DNA of 64,000 nucleotides from Escherichia coli 042 (GTDB lineage Bacteria; Pseudomonadota; Gammaproteobacteria; Enterobacterales; Enterobacteriaceae): NCBI RefSeq assembly GCF_000027125.1, contig NC_017626.1; one strand, 5' to 3'. Shown piece by piece: positions 9,638 to 21,651 of this stretch (position 1 is its first letter; each line of letters starts with the position of its first letter). The notes under the pieces were generated by a model. It saw only the letters and a program-made list of their open reading frames with translations, ran no database searches and was not told where the DNA came from. The position numbers and the translations under genes were made by a program.

Positions 9638-11235
9638 TGGCTTCCATTCATTCGCTCCTCAGTGCATGCCAGACGACACCCCGGGATGTGGCTGAACCGG
9701 CTCAGGTGCGTATTGCGCTGTGGGATAAATGGCTTGCTCCCGTGACGCCAGATAATCCCGCAGGTGATGATGCGGGGTACGATGATGATTTTCAGCAGAT
9801 GCGTGAAGAGGTCAATAAACTCTCCGGAGCCGATGCCGGAATTGTCAGCCAGCTTGCAGAAAAATTACTGACCACCAGAACCAAAGATATCCGGGTGGCG
9901 ACCTGGTATATCTGGGCCCGTCTGCGGCAGGATGGTGAAAAAGGTCTGGCCGACGGTCTGGAGCTGCTGACCGGTTTGTTGCAGCGTTTTGGAGAGCACC
10001 TGCATCCACAACGGTCACGGGCCAGGAAGGCGGCGCTGGAGTGGTTATGCAGCGCCCGCATACTGGACAGTCTGTCTCTGTATCCGGAGGTGGTGAAGGC
10101 GGATACCCTGCGCATTGCCGGGGCGCTGTGGCTGGCAGAACAGACCTTTACGGATGAGGCTTCCGCCCCGGTGCTGAACGGGTTATATCAGGCACTTGAA
10201 AATCGCCTGATGAAGGCCGGTGGTGTTGATGCAGTGGTGCCTCAGGAGGCTGCCGCGCCGGCACCGACGGTAACATCCGGCAGCGTCATGGCATTATCTG
10301 CCATCACCTCCGGACAGGAACTGCTGTCACAGGCCCGTGTTCTGGCAAAATATCTGCGTGACCAGCCTGAGGGCTGGCTGGCGGCTCATCGACTGATGAA
10401 AAGCGTCCGGCATGACACGCTGCATCAGTTACCGCCGTTATCTGCTGATGGACGGACCCGTATTGCCCCACCGGGGCCGGACCGGCGTGCGTCACTGAAA
10501 CGGTTGTATCTGCAGCAGAACTGGTTGTCACTGCTTGAACAGTGTGACGATATGTTTGCCCGGGGAGCCAGTCATCTGTGGCTGGACCTGCAGTGGTATA
10601 TTCATCAGGCGCTGTTGCAGACCGGAAAAGAAAATTATGCTGCCATTATTCAGTATGACCTGAAAGGATTGCTTCTGCGCCTGCCGGGGCTTGAGACACT
10701 GGCTTTTAACGACGGCATGCCGTTTGCCGATGACGTGACGCTGAGCTGGATACAGCAGCAGGTGATGGAGTGTGGTGAACGCTGGGCGGAAGAACCTTCT
10801 GTAACGATAACGGCAGCTCCCGGAGATAACGACATTTTATCTCTTGAGCCGGAAGCCCTGCAGATTGCGGATAATGAAGGAACAGAAGCCGCTTTAAGCT
10901 GGTTACAGGCACGTCCCGGTATTCAGTCTGACCGCAGCAACTGGCTACTGCGCCTGTTGATGGCCCGTGTTGCCGAACAGACAGGAAAAAATGACCTTGC
11001 CCTGCACCTGCTTGCGGAGCTGGATGAACGTGCAACCCGGCTGACCCTGTCACAATGGGAACCTGAACTGGTATTTGAGGTAAAAGCCCGCCGCCTGAAA
11101 CTGTTGCGTATGAAGTCCGCAAAAACTGAAAGTGACAGGGTGCGTCTGCAGCCTGATATGGAACATCTTCTTGCCGGGCTCATCGCCATTGATGCTGCCA
11201 GAGCTGCTGTGTTGTGCAATTCGGGAAGTTCATGA
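9637..11235 (+). CDS. tssA: TssA (ImpA N-terminal domain protein)
   Basis: 532 aa; ImpA_N-type N-terminus (PVTPDNPAGDDAGYDDDFQQMREEVNK); start overlaps tssM stop (TGATG). Confidence 0.8.
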   Translation: MASIHSLLSACQTTPRDVAEPAQVRIALWDKWLAPVTPDNPAGDDAGYDDDFQQMREEVNKLSGADAGIVSQLAEKLLTTRTKDIRVATWYIWARLRQDGEKGLADGLELLTGLLQRFGEHLHPQRSRARKAALEWLCSARILDSLSLYPEVVKADTLRIAGALWLAEQTFTDEASAPVLNGLYQALENRLMKAGGVDAVVPQEAAAPAPTVTSGSVMALSAITSGQELLSQARVLAKYLRDQPEGWLAAHRLMKSVRHDTLHQLPPLSADGRTRIAPPGPDRRASLKRLYLQQNWLSLLEQCDDMFARGASHLWLDLQWYIHQALLQTGKENYAAIIQYDLKGLLLRLPGLETLAFNDGMPFADDVTLSWIQQQVMECGERWAEEPSVTITAAPGDNDILSLEPEALQIADNEGTEAALSWLQARPGIQSDRSNWLLRLLMARVAEQTGKNDLALHLLAELDERATRLTLSQWEPELVFEVKARRLKLLRMKSAKTESDRVRLQPDMEHLLAGLIAIDAARAAVLCNSGSS

Positions 11236-11236
11236 G

Positions 11237-11929
11237 ATGTCTGTCATGCATTATCTTCAGGACAAAACATTTCAGGATATAGTCAAAAATCTGGTGTTAC
11301 CGCTTCTGTCGGGCATTATTATTCCTCTTGTCAAATGGTTTGTGCAGCATTATGGCTATGCGCCGAATATCAGGAAATACAGATTTGAAAAAATTCCTGT
11401 ATCTGAAAAGGAGTCCATTCTTGCCCGTATTGACAAACTGACAAAAGAACCAGCAACGAAAAATACACTGGTAAGAATAAAATACTGTTATGAACAGATG
11501 GGGATATATCTCCCGACGTGGTGTTGTAATAAGCTGATTTGTTTTATATCCGACAGAAATATCAGCTCAGTGGATAACAGACTGCATTGTTTTCTTAAAT
11601 ATTCTTTTGTCGGTATATTTTTAGATGGCAAATTTACTGTTAATACTCGTCGTGTGCATAAAAGTTACTGGATGATAGCAGTGTTTTCGGTGTTTTCTTT
11701 ATGTGTTCAGTTTACGGGAGGGATACTTACAACCATGCCATTTCTGTCGGGGAGTAATACAGTTTTATTTATGTTATTTTCTCTCGTTTATTTTATCATG
11801 ATATTTCTGACAGTTATATTCACATGTAATCTGATTAATGAAATCCGGCTTGCCGTTCAGTTCGGGCGATTGTTTGAGGCATGGCTGAAGTCAGAGCGCG
11901 AGTCTCCGGAACAGTTAGCTTTATTCTGA
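11237..11929 (+). CDS. Hypothetical polytopic membrane protein, AT-rich insert within T6SS core
   Basis: Start taken at ATG 11237 (MSVMHYLQ) just after the tssA stop, not the overlapping upstream start in the ORF track. Several hydrophobic segments; codon usage visibly more AT-rich than the flanking tssA and tssF. Confidence 0.55.
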   Translation: MSVMHYLQDKTFQDIVKNLVLPLLSGIIIPLVKWFVQHYGYAPNIRKYRFEKIPVSEKESILARIDKLTKEPATKNTLVRIKYCYEQMGIYLPTWCCNKLICFISDRNISSVDNRLHCFLKYSFVGIFLDGKFTVNTRRVHKSYWMIAVFSVFSLCVQFTGGILTTMPFLSGSNTVLFMLFSLVYFIMIFLTVIFTCNLINEIRLAVQFGRLFEAWLKSERESPEQLALF

Positions 11930-11936
11930 GAAGATA

Positions 11937-13700
11937 ATGGACGATTTAACCCTGCGTTATTTTGACGCTGAAATGCGTTATCTGCGTGAAGCCGGAAAGG
12001 CGTTTGCACAGGCTCATCCCGATCGGGCGGCGATGCTGGATCTCGATAAAGCGGGTACGCCTGATCCCTGCGTGGAACGCCTGTTTGAAGGTTTCGCCTT
12101 TTCCATGGGACGACTGCGCCAGAAAATCGACGATGATTTGCCGGAGCTTACTGAAAGTCTGGTCAGTATGCTCTGGCCTCATTACCTGCGTACTATCCCG
12201 TCCCTGTCGGTGGTGGCACTGACTCCCCGGTTATCCGTCATGAAAATGGCTGAAACCGTACCAGCCGGACTGGAAGTGACTTCCCGCCCTGTTGGCCCCG
12301 GAAATACAGTCTGTCGTTACCGTACCACCCGGGCCATACCACTGAATCCACTGGCAGTGGAGAAGGTTGTTATGACGACGGAGCCGGACGGGCGTTCAGT
12401 GTTGAAAATAGGTTTTGCCTGCAGTGAACTGGCTGACTGGTCTCAGGTCGATTTGCATCGTCTGAGCCTGTATCTGGCAGCAGAAGCCCCGGTCAGCAGC
12501 ACCCTTCATCTGATGATGACAAAGCGTCTGGCTGCGCTGTATCTGAGGCTGCCGGGAAATGATGAGCGGATCCGCATTGACGGATGGTTTTCACCCGGTG
12601 GTTTTGCAGAAGAAGATCGGCTGTGGCCGAAAGGTGACAGTGCTTTCAGTGGGTATCAGTTATTGCTGGAATATTTCACCTTTCGGGAAAAGTTTATGTT
12701 TGTTCATCTGAACGGACTGGAGAATGTTTCTCTGCCGGCAGGTATTTCCGGATTCGATCTTGAGGTGGTGCTGAGTCAGCCCTGGCCAGCAGATTTACCT
12801 GTGACAGACGATGCCCTGTGTCTGCATTGTGTGCCGGTGATTAACCTTTTTACGCTTGAAGCCGATCCACTCATCATCAATGGGCTGGAGAGCGAATACC
12901 TGCTGCGCCCGAAGCGTCTGCAGGATGGGTATACGGAGATATATTCAGTGGATGCGGTGACGGGCTCCGGGCGGACCGGCAGTGCAGAGTACGTGCCTTT
13001 TACCAGCTTCCGTCACCGTGGGGGAATGCTGCGCCATGATGCACCCGAACGTTATTATCATACCCGGGTGAAGCGGGGTGTCACGGGGATGTATGACACA
13101 TGGCTTATCCTTGGCGGTCAGCGGTGGGAGGCGGATCGGATGCCGGAGCGGGAAACGCTTTCATTACGTATTACAGGTACCAATGGTCAGCTTCCCCGTC
13201 GTGCGTTGCAGAGTACGCTGCTTGATCGGTGTGAACAGGTACTGCAGGCCCCGGTCAGTGTACGTAATCTTTGTAAACCCACGCTACCGGTTTATCCGCC
13301 GACAGAAGATCGTTTTCACTGGCGGGTGATGAGTCATCTGGGGACAGGATTTCTTAACATGCTGAGCAGTGCGGAAGTGCTGCGTGGCACGCTGGCGCTT
13401 TATAACTGGCGGGACGATGAACTTAATCACCGTCGGCTTGATGCCATTCTGGCTGTACAGCATCATCGTATTCAGCGTTTTGAAAAGGGTTTTCTGCTCC
13501 GGGGGCTTGATGTGGAGGTAACTCTTGATGGCAACGGGTTTGCCGGAGAGGGAGATATTCACCTGTTTGGCGAAATGCTCAACCGTTTCCTGGCCCTGTA
13601 CGCCGATATGAATCAGTTCAATCAGCTCACACTGATTGTTCAGCCTGAAGGAAAATGCATCCGGTGGAAAGAAAATCACAATCCGCGCCTGCCCGGTTAA
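11937..13700 (+). CDS. tssF: TssF baseplate subunit
   Basis: 587 aa; N-terminus MDDLTLRYFDAEMRYLREAGKAFAQAHPD typical of TssF/ImpG; followed by tssG. Confidence 0.85.
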   Translation: MDDLTLRYFDAEMRYLREAGKAFAQAHPDRAAMLDLDKAGTPDPCVERLFEGFAFSMGRLRQKIDDDLPELTESLVSMLWPHYLRTIPSLSVVALTPRLSVMKMAETVPAGLEVTSRPVGPGNTVCRYRTTRAIPLNPLAVEKVVMTTEPDGRSVLKIGFACSELADWSQVDLHRLSLYLAAEAPVSSTLHLMMTKRLAALYLRLPGNDERIRIDGWFSPGGFAEEDRLWPKGDSAFSGYQLLLEYFTFREKFMFVHLNGLENVSLPAGISGFDLEVVLSQPWPADLPVTDDALCLHCVPVINLFTLEADPLIINGLESEYLLRPKRLQDGYTEIYSVDAVTGSGRTGSAEYVPFTSFRHRGGMLRHDAPERYYHTRVKRGVTGMYDTWLILGGQRWEADRMPERETLSLRITGTNGQLPRRALQSTLLDRCEQVLQAPVSVRNLCKPTLPVYPPTEDRFHWRVMSHLGTGFLNMLSSAEVLRGTLALYNWRDDELNHRRLDAILAVQHHRIQRFEKGFLLRGLDVEVTLDGNGFAGEGDIHLFGEMLNRFLALYADMNQFNQLTLIVQPEGKCIRWKENHNPRLPG

Positions 13701-14755
13701 TTACCCGTTACCGGAAACAGCTTCCGTATATTAATTTTTACCGCTTCTGTCAGTTGCTGGAACAAAGCCAGCCAGACCAGCCTCCCATTGGCAGTGGCTG
13801 GCAGGCCCGTCAGGAAGCGGTTCGCTTTTGTCCATACCCGGGAATGGGGTTTCCTGCGAGTGAAATAAAAGACGCTGTAATTCCTGAAGAATCCCATCTG
13901 CCACCCATTGTACATGTGACGTTTATGGGACTTTACGGGGTCACGTCTCCGTTGCCGGCACACTATATCAGTGATATTGCACAGCAGCGGGAAGGCCATG
14001 AGGCCGCAGCGGATTTTCTCGATATATTCAGTCATCGTCTGATCACCCAGTATTACCGTATCTGGCGTAAATATTCGTACCCGGCCACCTTTGAGGCGGG
14101 AGGACAGGATAAAACATCCCAGTATCTGCTCGGTCTGGCCAGACTGGGGATCCCCGGATGTGCACAGAATATTGCCACGCCGGTATCGCGTTTTCTGGCG
14201 TTATTGCCCCTGATGTTGTTACCCGGAAGAACAGCTGAAGGGCTGACATCACTGGTAACGCTGCTGGCTCCCGGAACACAGGCCCGTGTCTGGCATCATG
14301 ACCGACGACGGATCCCGCTGAAAACACCGCTGACCATGCGTGTTCATCACCCGGTCAGTCTGAAGAGTCGCCCGGTGATGGGCGATCATGCCACGGATGT
14401 GAACGGACAGGTGTTATTACAGCTTTCAACACAGACGGGCAGCGAGGTACAGGGCTGGTTACCAGGCGGGCATCTGTATTCTGATTTGTTGGCGTTGTTG
14501 CATGTTTATCTGGGAAGCCGTCTGGATGTACGTCTGCAACTTTGTGTTGAGCGTTCACTGTTACCGGATGCCCGGCTCAGTTGCCGACCGGCAGCCGGTA
14601 GTCCGCAACTGGGGCGCACGGCAGTAATGAGAACACAGGCAAAGATAGCGACTTCAGCGGCACGCGTCATGACCATCAGTCTGGGGCGTTATCAGCGGGT
14701 TCAGGAACATTATCAACGTAAGGAGACTCAGGAAAATGGCGATTATCGCTGGTAA
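13655..14755 (+). CDS. tssG: TssG baseplate subunit
   Basis: 366 aa; N-terminal INFYRFCQLLEQ motif typical of TssG; overlaps the tssF 3' end, so the exact start is uncertain. Confidence 0.75.
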   Translation: MHPVERKSQSAPARLITRYRKQLPYINFYRFCQLLEQSQPDQPPIGSGWQARQEAVRFCPYPGMGFPASEIKDAVIPEESHLPPIVHVTFMGLYGVTSPLPAHYISDIAQQREGHEAAADFLDIFSHRLITQYYRIWRKYSYPATFEAGGQDKTSQYLLGLARLGIPGCAQNIATPVSRFLALLPLMLLPGRTAEGLTSLVTLLAPGTQARVWHHDRRRIPLKTPLTMRVHHPVSLKSRPVMGDHATDVNGQVLLQLSTQTGSEVQGWLPGGHLYSDLLALLHVYLGSRLDVRLQLCVERSLLPDARLSCRPAAGSPQLGRTAVMRTQAKIATSAARVMTISLGRYQRVQEHYQRKETQENGDYRW

Positions 14756-15272
14756 GGCTGGTTACGGTCTGATTATTGCGTTGTTTTCCCTGTCGTTATC
14801 AGGATGCGGTCTGACGCAAAGAGTGGCAGACGGTACGGTATCTGCCACGAAATCCCTGTTTTACCGACAGATAAAAACACTTCACCTGGATATTCGTGCC
14901 AGGGAGGCCATTAACACCAGTGCTGCCGGTATTCCCCTGTCGGTTGTGGTGCGGATTTATCAGCTTAAAGACAACCGGAGTTTTGACAGTGCGGATTATC
15001 AGGCGCTTTTTACAGGGGACAATGAAATTCTGGCAGGCGATATCATTGCACAGAAAGATGTATGGCTGCAGCCAGGTGGTTCAGTAGCCGTGGATATGCC
15101 TCTGGATGATGCGGCGAAATTTACCGGTGTGGCAGCAATGTTTCTGGAGCCTGACCAGAAGAAAAATACCTGGCGGGTGGTGCTGGGCCGGGATGAGCTT
15201 GAGCCGGACACGCCCCGTCTTATTGAAGTATCCGGTAACACCCTGACCCTGTTACCGGTGAAGGATAAATAG
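14736..15272 (+). CDS. tssJ: TssJ outer-membrane lipoprotein
   Basis: 178 aa; lipobox LSLSGCGL; size and position between tssG and tssE. Confidence 0.75.
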   Translation: MAIIAGKAGYGLIIALFSLSLSGCGLTQRVADGTVSATKSLFYRQIKTLHLDIRAREAINTSAAGIPLSVVVRIYQLKDNRSFDSADYQALFTGDNEILAGDIIAQKDVWLQPGGSVAVDMPLDDAAKFTGVAAMFLEPDQKKNTWRVVLGRDELEPDTPRLIEVSGNTLTLLPVKDK

Positions 15273-15706
15273 TGATGCCGCGTCCTTCCCTTTATGAAAT
15301 TCTCTATGGCAATTTCACTGGCGGGCTGGAGTTAAACCAGGTCGGTGAGGAAGAGCAGGTTATTCTTTCGGTGCTCGATAACATGCAGCGTATTCTGAAT
15401 ACCCGTGCCGGAAGCCTTAAGCATCTTCCGGATTATGGTCTGCCGGATATAACAACCATTCTGCAGGGAATGCCGGGGACGGCGCATCAACTGATGCGCG
15501 TGCTTTCAGACGTTCTGCTGAAGTATGAGCCACGTATTAAGCGCGTCGACGTGACGATGCAGGAACAGACTCAGCCTGGTGAGTTGCATTATGTCATTGA
15601 TGCAGAACTTAAAGATGCCGGGCTGGTTCGTTACGGAACAACATTTATACCGGAGGGCAGGGTGTTGTTGCGCCATCTGAAACAGCAGCGCTACGTGCAG
15701 ACGTGA
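15272..15706 (+). CDS. tssE: TssE (gp25-like baseplate protein)
   Basis: 144 aa; gp25-like pattern (PSLYEIL..., RILNTRAGS, YGLPD, KYEPRI); likely true start is ATG at 15275. Confidence 0.7.
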   Translation: MMPRPSLYEILYGNFTGGLELNQVGEEEQVILSVLDNMQRILNTRAGSLKHLPDYGLPDITTILQGMPGTAHQLMRVLSDVLLKYEPRIKRVDVTMQEQTQPGELHYVIDAELKDAGLVRYGTTFIPEGRVLLRHLKQQRYVQT

Positions 15707-15850
15707 GCCGGAGCAGGGAGGGCAGAACAGAAATAAATAAACAGCGATGGATATATGTCAGGTGTGAATGTGACATTATTCTGGCTTATGACAACGCTGG
15801 CTGAATGTTTCATCATCCTGATAACTCGGGCATATCAGCAATAACAATGT

Positions 15851-16264
15851 ATGAGTTTTAAAATGAAGAAAATTATCTTTTTTCTGTTCGTGGGGCTTTT
15901 ATTTTCGGTTCAGGCAGATGCTGCGCGGGGAAGAAAACCCTGCTCGGGTGCTAAAGGTGGTATTTCACACTGTACGTCAGACGGACGTTTTGTCTGCAAT
16001 GACGGAAGTCTGAGTCAGTCGAAGCGCCTTTGTTCTGGTTATGGCGTGGCACCCGGCAAACGTCAGGTGAAATCACCGGTCACCACGAAGCCGGTTCAGA
16101 AGGAAAAATCAGCGGCTGTCCGGAAGGTGTCACAACCGTCGGTGGCTGAGAAAAATGAGGCTGTGCCGGTCACTGAACCCCGCAACCCTACCTGTGCGCC
16201 GCTTTATATGGCCAGCAAACCCGGATTTACGCATCTGCCCATTTGTTCCGGTAATCAGTATTAA
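15851..16264 (+). CDS. Small secreted Cys-containing protein, unknown function
   Basis: 137 aa; signal peptide (MKKIIFFLFVGLLFSVQADA), Cys-rich mature region, Pro/Lys-rich linker. Confidence 0.5.
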   Translation: MSFKMKKIIFFLFVGLLFSVQADAARGRKPCSGAKGGISHCTSDGRFVCNDGSLSQSKRLCSGYGVAPGKRQVKSPVTTKPVQKEKSAAVRKVSQPSVAEKNEAVPVTEPRNPTCAPLYMASKPGFTHLPICSGNQY

Positions 16265-16419
16265 TCTGACACTGAAATAGCAGAGGAATCTGTGCTCAGC
16301 CTGCAGTTAATCCTGTAGTGGCTGGCATCATAAAGCCGGACAACCTTCCGGGTATAAATATTTCCGGAGGGCGTTAATCAAAGATATTCAGTTACTGAGA
16401 AGGAAAATAAAGGAAAGTC

Positions 16420-17664
16420 ATGGCAGGAGGAAAAAAAGATGATAATGCAGCGGGATTTGTCCTGATTTTAGTTTGCGTTATTCTCTGGGGGATTTATGTG
16501 GCGGTCAGGGCGCTGATAAATCTTAATGAGCGCTTTATTGATGCAGTATCGAATCCGGCAGGTATTATTGGTTTGTTTTTTGGTTTGCTTACTGTATTTG
16601 CAATTTTACTTCGTTTTTTTATTTACCGGAGACTCAGAAAGAAAACAGCAGCCTTTGAGCAGGCCGTTTCAGAGCTGGTTCAGAGAGAGCGGGGTTTTAA
16701 TGAAACTGTCAATGCCGCGATAGCCCGGGGAATACGACAGGAAAAGGAGCAACTGGCCAGACGTCGTGAGGAATTTCATACCGCCAGACAGAAGGCCAGC
16801 CGTGCAATGCAACGGATTGTTGATTCCGCCTGGAAATTTAAGGCGAAGACTCTGCTGGCTGGTGTAACGATTAATAACTGGCAAAGCAAATATGACCAGC
16901 TTCGTAAGGAAAGAGAGGCTTACGCTGCTGTCAGTGAGAAAATAGCCTTTCTTAACCTGGAAGATAATTCTGACCGGGAGAGTATCAGGCAACAGTTTCT
17001 GGACAAAGTGGCATTGCTGGAAAAAGCGCAGGAAGAGAAGGAATATCAGGCAGAGCTTAAGCGTCAGATGCGTGAAGAAAAAGAGCGTCAGGATGAACCT
17101 GAACGGCGCCAGCGGGAAGCGGAAGAGGAAGAACGGCGTCTTGCTGAGCAGCAGAAACTGATTGAGGAGGCGCTGCGCGCAGCAGAAGGGGCTCACAGGG
17201 AGGAGTTAGAGAAACAACGCCTGGAGCTGGAACAGAAAATTCAGGAAGCGCATGCGCAGTATGAACGTGCTAAATCCATGGCTCAGCTTACGAAACAGGG
17301 GCATGTTTATATCATTTCGAATATTGGTTCGTTTGGTGAGGATGTCTTTAAAATTGGCATGACCCGACGGCTGGAACCCATGGACAGGGTCAAAGAGTTA
17401 AGTGGTGCTTCTGTTCCGTTTGATTTTGATGTTCACGCCATGATTTCCTGTGATGATGCGCCTGCGCTGGAAAAAACACTTCATGACAGTCTGGAAAAAT
17501 ACCGCATTAACAGGATTAACCTGCGTAAAGAATTTTTCCGCGTGAAGCTTGAGAAAATCATTAATGAAGTGGAGCGTCACCACGGGCAGGTGGAATATGT
17601 GGCTGACCCGGCGGCGCTGCAGTACCTGCAGAGTCTGGAATACGCGGAAAATGAAGCTGCCTGA
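16420..17664 (+). CDS. Membrane-anchored coiled-coil protein with C-terminal T5orf172 (GIY-YIG-like) domain
   Basis: 414 aa; two N-terminal TM helices; central highly charged E/R/K/Q coiled-coil (DUF4041-like); C-terminal HVYIISN...VFKIGMTRR...EFF block consistent with T5orf172/MUG113. Confidence 0.65.
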   Translation: MAGGKKDDNAAGFVLILVCVILWGIYVAVRALINLNERFIDAVSNPAGIIGLFFGLLTVFAILLRFFIYRRLRKKTAAFEQAVSELVQRERGFNETVNAAIARGIRQEKEQLARRREEFHTARQKASRAMQRIVDSAWKFKAKTLLAGVTINNWQSKYDQLRKEREAYAAVSEKIAFLNLEDNSDRESIRQQFLDKVALLEKAQEEKEYQAELKRQMREEKERQDEPERRQREAEEEERRLAEQQKLIEEALRAAEGAHREELEKQRLELEQKIQEAHAQYERAKSMAQLTKQGHVYIISNIGSFGEDVFKIGMTRRLEPMDRVKELSGASVPFDFDVHAMISCDDAPALEKTLHDSLEKYRINRINLRKEFFRVKLEKIINEVERHHGQVEYVADPAALQYLQSLEYAENEAA

Positions 17665-17857
17665 CAGTCAGTGTTCTGATTTTACCCCGGCCGGATATAA
17701 CAGAAGGGATATCTGCAGATACCCTGCAGCATGGTTCACAGTATTCTGGTCATGTTAATGATTCTGTTTTTTATTTCTGAATAAAGCGATACCCACGATA
17801 TAACATCCGTGGATGTCGGTGGTGATTATTTTTTTGTTCACAGATTAAGGTGCGTTT

Positions 17858-19645
<1,788 letters not shown>

Positions 19646-19706
19646 TACCGGACCATTTCTTTATTCTGGTTTTCCACTATATTTTATTATCAGGTGTATT
19701 TTATTT

Positions 19707-20015
19707 ATGATGAATCCATTATTCAGTGACATTCAGATGCGTCTTTTTCATCTTAATCATTCCCCGTATTCCTGGTACTGGAATGTCAGATTCAGACCCC
19801 AGGAAGCCGTATATATTGGCAACGATACCTGTCATATCACCATTACCTGTAATCAGTCAGGTTTTCATTTAACCAGGGACGGACAACGGCTGTTCACTGA
19901 GCGTTATATCAGAAACCTTAATGAGCTGTTGCCGGTTCTGAAACGGCGGTGGGATGTGACACCGGCAATTATCCGCGCGGTGGAATACCTTTCCCGGGTA
20001 CCGGTATCACACTGA
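19707..20015 (+). CDS. Small conserved hypothetical protein (partner of tagA-like gene)
   Basis: ~102 aa from ATG 19707 (MMNPLFSDIQ); frameshifted paralog at 49729-50027 with the same downstream neighbour. Confidence 0.5.
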   Translation: MMNPLFSDIQMRLFHLNHSPYSWYWNVRFRPQEAVYIGNDTCHITITCNQSGFHLTRDGQRLFTERYIRNLNELLPVLKRRWDVTPAIIRAVEYLSRVPVSH

Positions 20016-20069
20016 TGTTCTTTTCGTCACTGTTAATCATGATTTAATACAGCAACACCGAATCTGCCG

Positions 20070-21437
20070 ATGACTTCTGAAGTGAAACTGAAAACCGGTG
20101 GTGACCCCCGGTCATTACCGGATTATGCTGCCCTGCGCGATGAAATCAGCAAACTGACTCACCCGGCACGCCCGGATGTGGACTGGCGTTACGTGGAAAC
20201 ACTCTGCCTGCGTCTGTATGAACACAATGGCGTGGAATTACAGACGGCATCCTGGTACACCATCGCCCGGATGCATACAACAGGGTTAAGTGGTCTGAAT
20301 GAAGGGCTGGCTCTGATTGTGGCGCTGACCCGGCATCACTGGTCAGTGATGTGGCCGCTGAATACCCACGCCCGGCTGGAAATTATTACCGGTCTGTTCA
20401 ACCATCTGCAAAAAACGCTTCGGGCCATGCCTCCGGACGACCGTGACAACCTGCCCCTGCTGTATCAGACCGAAACATTCCTGAAGGCACTGAGTGACAC
20501 ACTGGCCCGGCACGAACTTAAACAGAGCAGTAAAGTGGCTTTACCGGAAGCCATGGTGAAGGGATATATCACCCGCCTGGAGAACCAGCCTGTGCAGGGT
20601 GAAGTATCGTCTCCGGTAACCCTTCCGGCGCAGGCACTCCGGTCTGATGCTCCGGACGTACAGGAACATCAGACCCTGCCGCACTCCCGTCTGGTGTATG
20701 TTGTTTCTGAAACAAAAGCAGAGAGCGGAAAAGAAAACACACATTCCCTTCAGAAATCCCCGCCCACGTTTCTGAAACCGTTTGTAACTGGTGTCTGTGC
20801 GGCATTGCTGGCGGTCAGCGTGGCCATTCCGGGATGGCAGTTTCTGACACAGCCATCACCGGCGGAGCAGCAACTCAGGGCGTTGCTGACACCACCACCG
20901 GATGTGCTTTCAGCAGGCCAGATGACACAGCTCAGCAGAACACCTTCACTGCTAAATCATGCGTCAGAGTGGATAACCCTTTCCGGTCAGCAGATAACAC
21001 GACTGGCAGAACTACCCCCGGCATACAACCTGCAACGCAGTGCGCAGCTGCTGCAGCAACTGAGGGTACTTTTTCCCGACAATCCCCGTGTTCAGGAAAT
21101 GGTGGATAACTGGCAGAAGAGTGTAAGGAGTCGTGCGCTCCCGGAAGAGGCGATGGCGGGCTGGAACGAAGGCATGACCCGCTTACAGCAGCTGGCTGAG
21201 CGCCTGAACCGTCTGGATGAGCAGCGGGGAAAATACATGACGGTCAGTGAACTGAAAACGGAGGTGTTTGGCATCATGCAGGCTTTTAACCGGCATATCC
21301 CGGCAGAAGAGCAGTTACGTCGCTATGATGAAGTTCGTAACCAGAATAGCAGTGAACAGCAGCAAAAAAAGGTGGAAAATGGTCTTGTCGAGCTGGTGAG
21401 TCGTTACTGGGTTTTGACGCAAGGGGACATGAAGTGA
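20070..21437 (+). CDS. TagA-like ImpA_N-domain T6SS accessory protein
   Basis: 455 aa; ImpA_N-like N-terminus (DPRSLPDYAALRDEISKL...), internal hydrophobic helix (FVTGVCAALLAVSVAIPGW); AT-rich paralog at 51659-52813. Confidence 0.55.
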   Translation: MTSEVKLKTGGDPRSLPDYAALRDEISKLTHPARPDVDWRYVETLCLRLYEHNGVELQTASWYTIARMHTTGLSGLNEGLALIVALTRHHWSVMWPLNTHARLEIITGLFNHLQKTLRAMPPDDRDNLPLLYQTETFLKALSDTLARHELKQSSKVALPEAMVKGYITRLENQPVQGEVSSPVTLPAQALRSDAPDVQEHQTLPHSRLVYVVSETKAESGKENTHSLQKSPPTFLKPFVTGVCAALLAVSVAIPGWQFLTQPSPAEQQLRALLTPPPDVLSAGQMTQLSRTPSLLNHASEWITLSGQQITRLAELPPAYNLQRSAQLLQQLRVLFPDNPRVQEMVDNWQKSVRSRALPEEAMAGWNEGMTRLQQLAERLNRLDEQRGKYMTVSELKTEVFGIMQAFNRHIPAEEQLRRYDEVRNQNSSEQQQKKVENGLVELVSRYWVLTQGDMK

Positions 21438-21651
21438 TATTCCATCTTTTGGAGAATAATTTTCTAAAGGCACTGCAGAGTATAGTGCTTCTCTTCTTCA
21501 GCGGAGCATTAATGTGGTCTTACGCATTGATAGTATAGTTATTTAAATACTGGGCTTGGGTAGCAATAACTGAGTTATATTGTTATGGTTATTCATAATG
21601 CAAATTGTGTGATATGACGCATGATTTTTAGATGTCCAGGAACCAGATATC

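Noticed and set aside
11132-11236. Upstream start at 11132 for the AT-rich membrane gene, overlapping tssA by ~100 nt
   Set aside because: The overlapping part (MTGCVCSLIWNIF...) reads like out-of-frame tssA sequence; ATG 11237 just after the tssA stop gives a cleaner gene start.
16264-16420. Rho-independent terminator after the small secreted-protein gene (hairpin CCGGACAACCTTCCGG)
   Set aside because: The stem is short and not followed by a T-run; too weak to call.
16420-17664. SMC-like or chromosome-partition protein
   Set aside because: The coiled-coil is short, the protein is membrane-anchored and ends in a T5orf172-like block; no ABC ATPase motifs.
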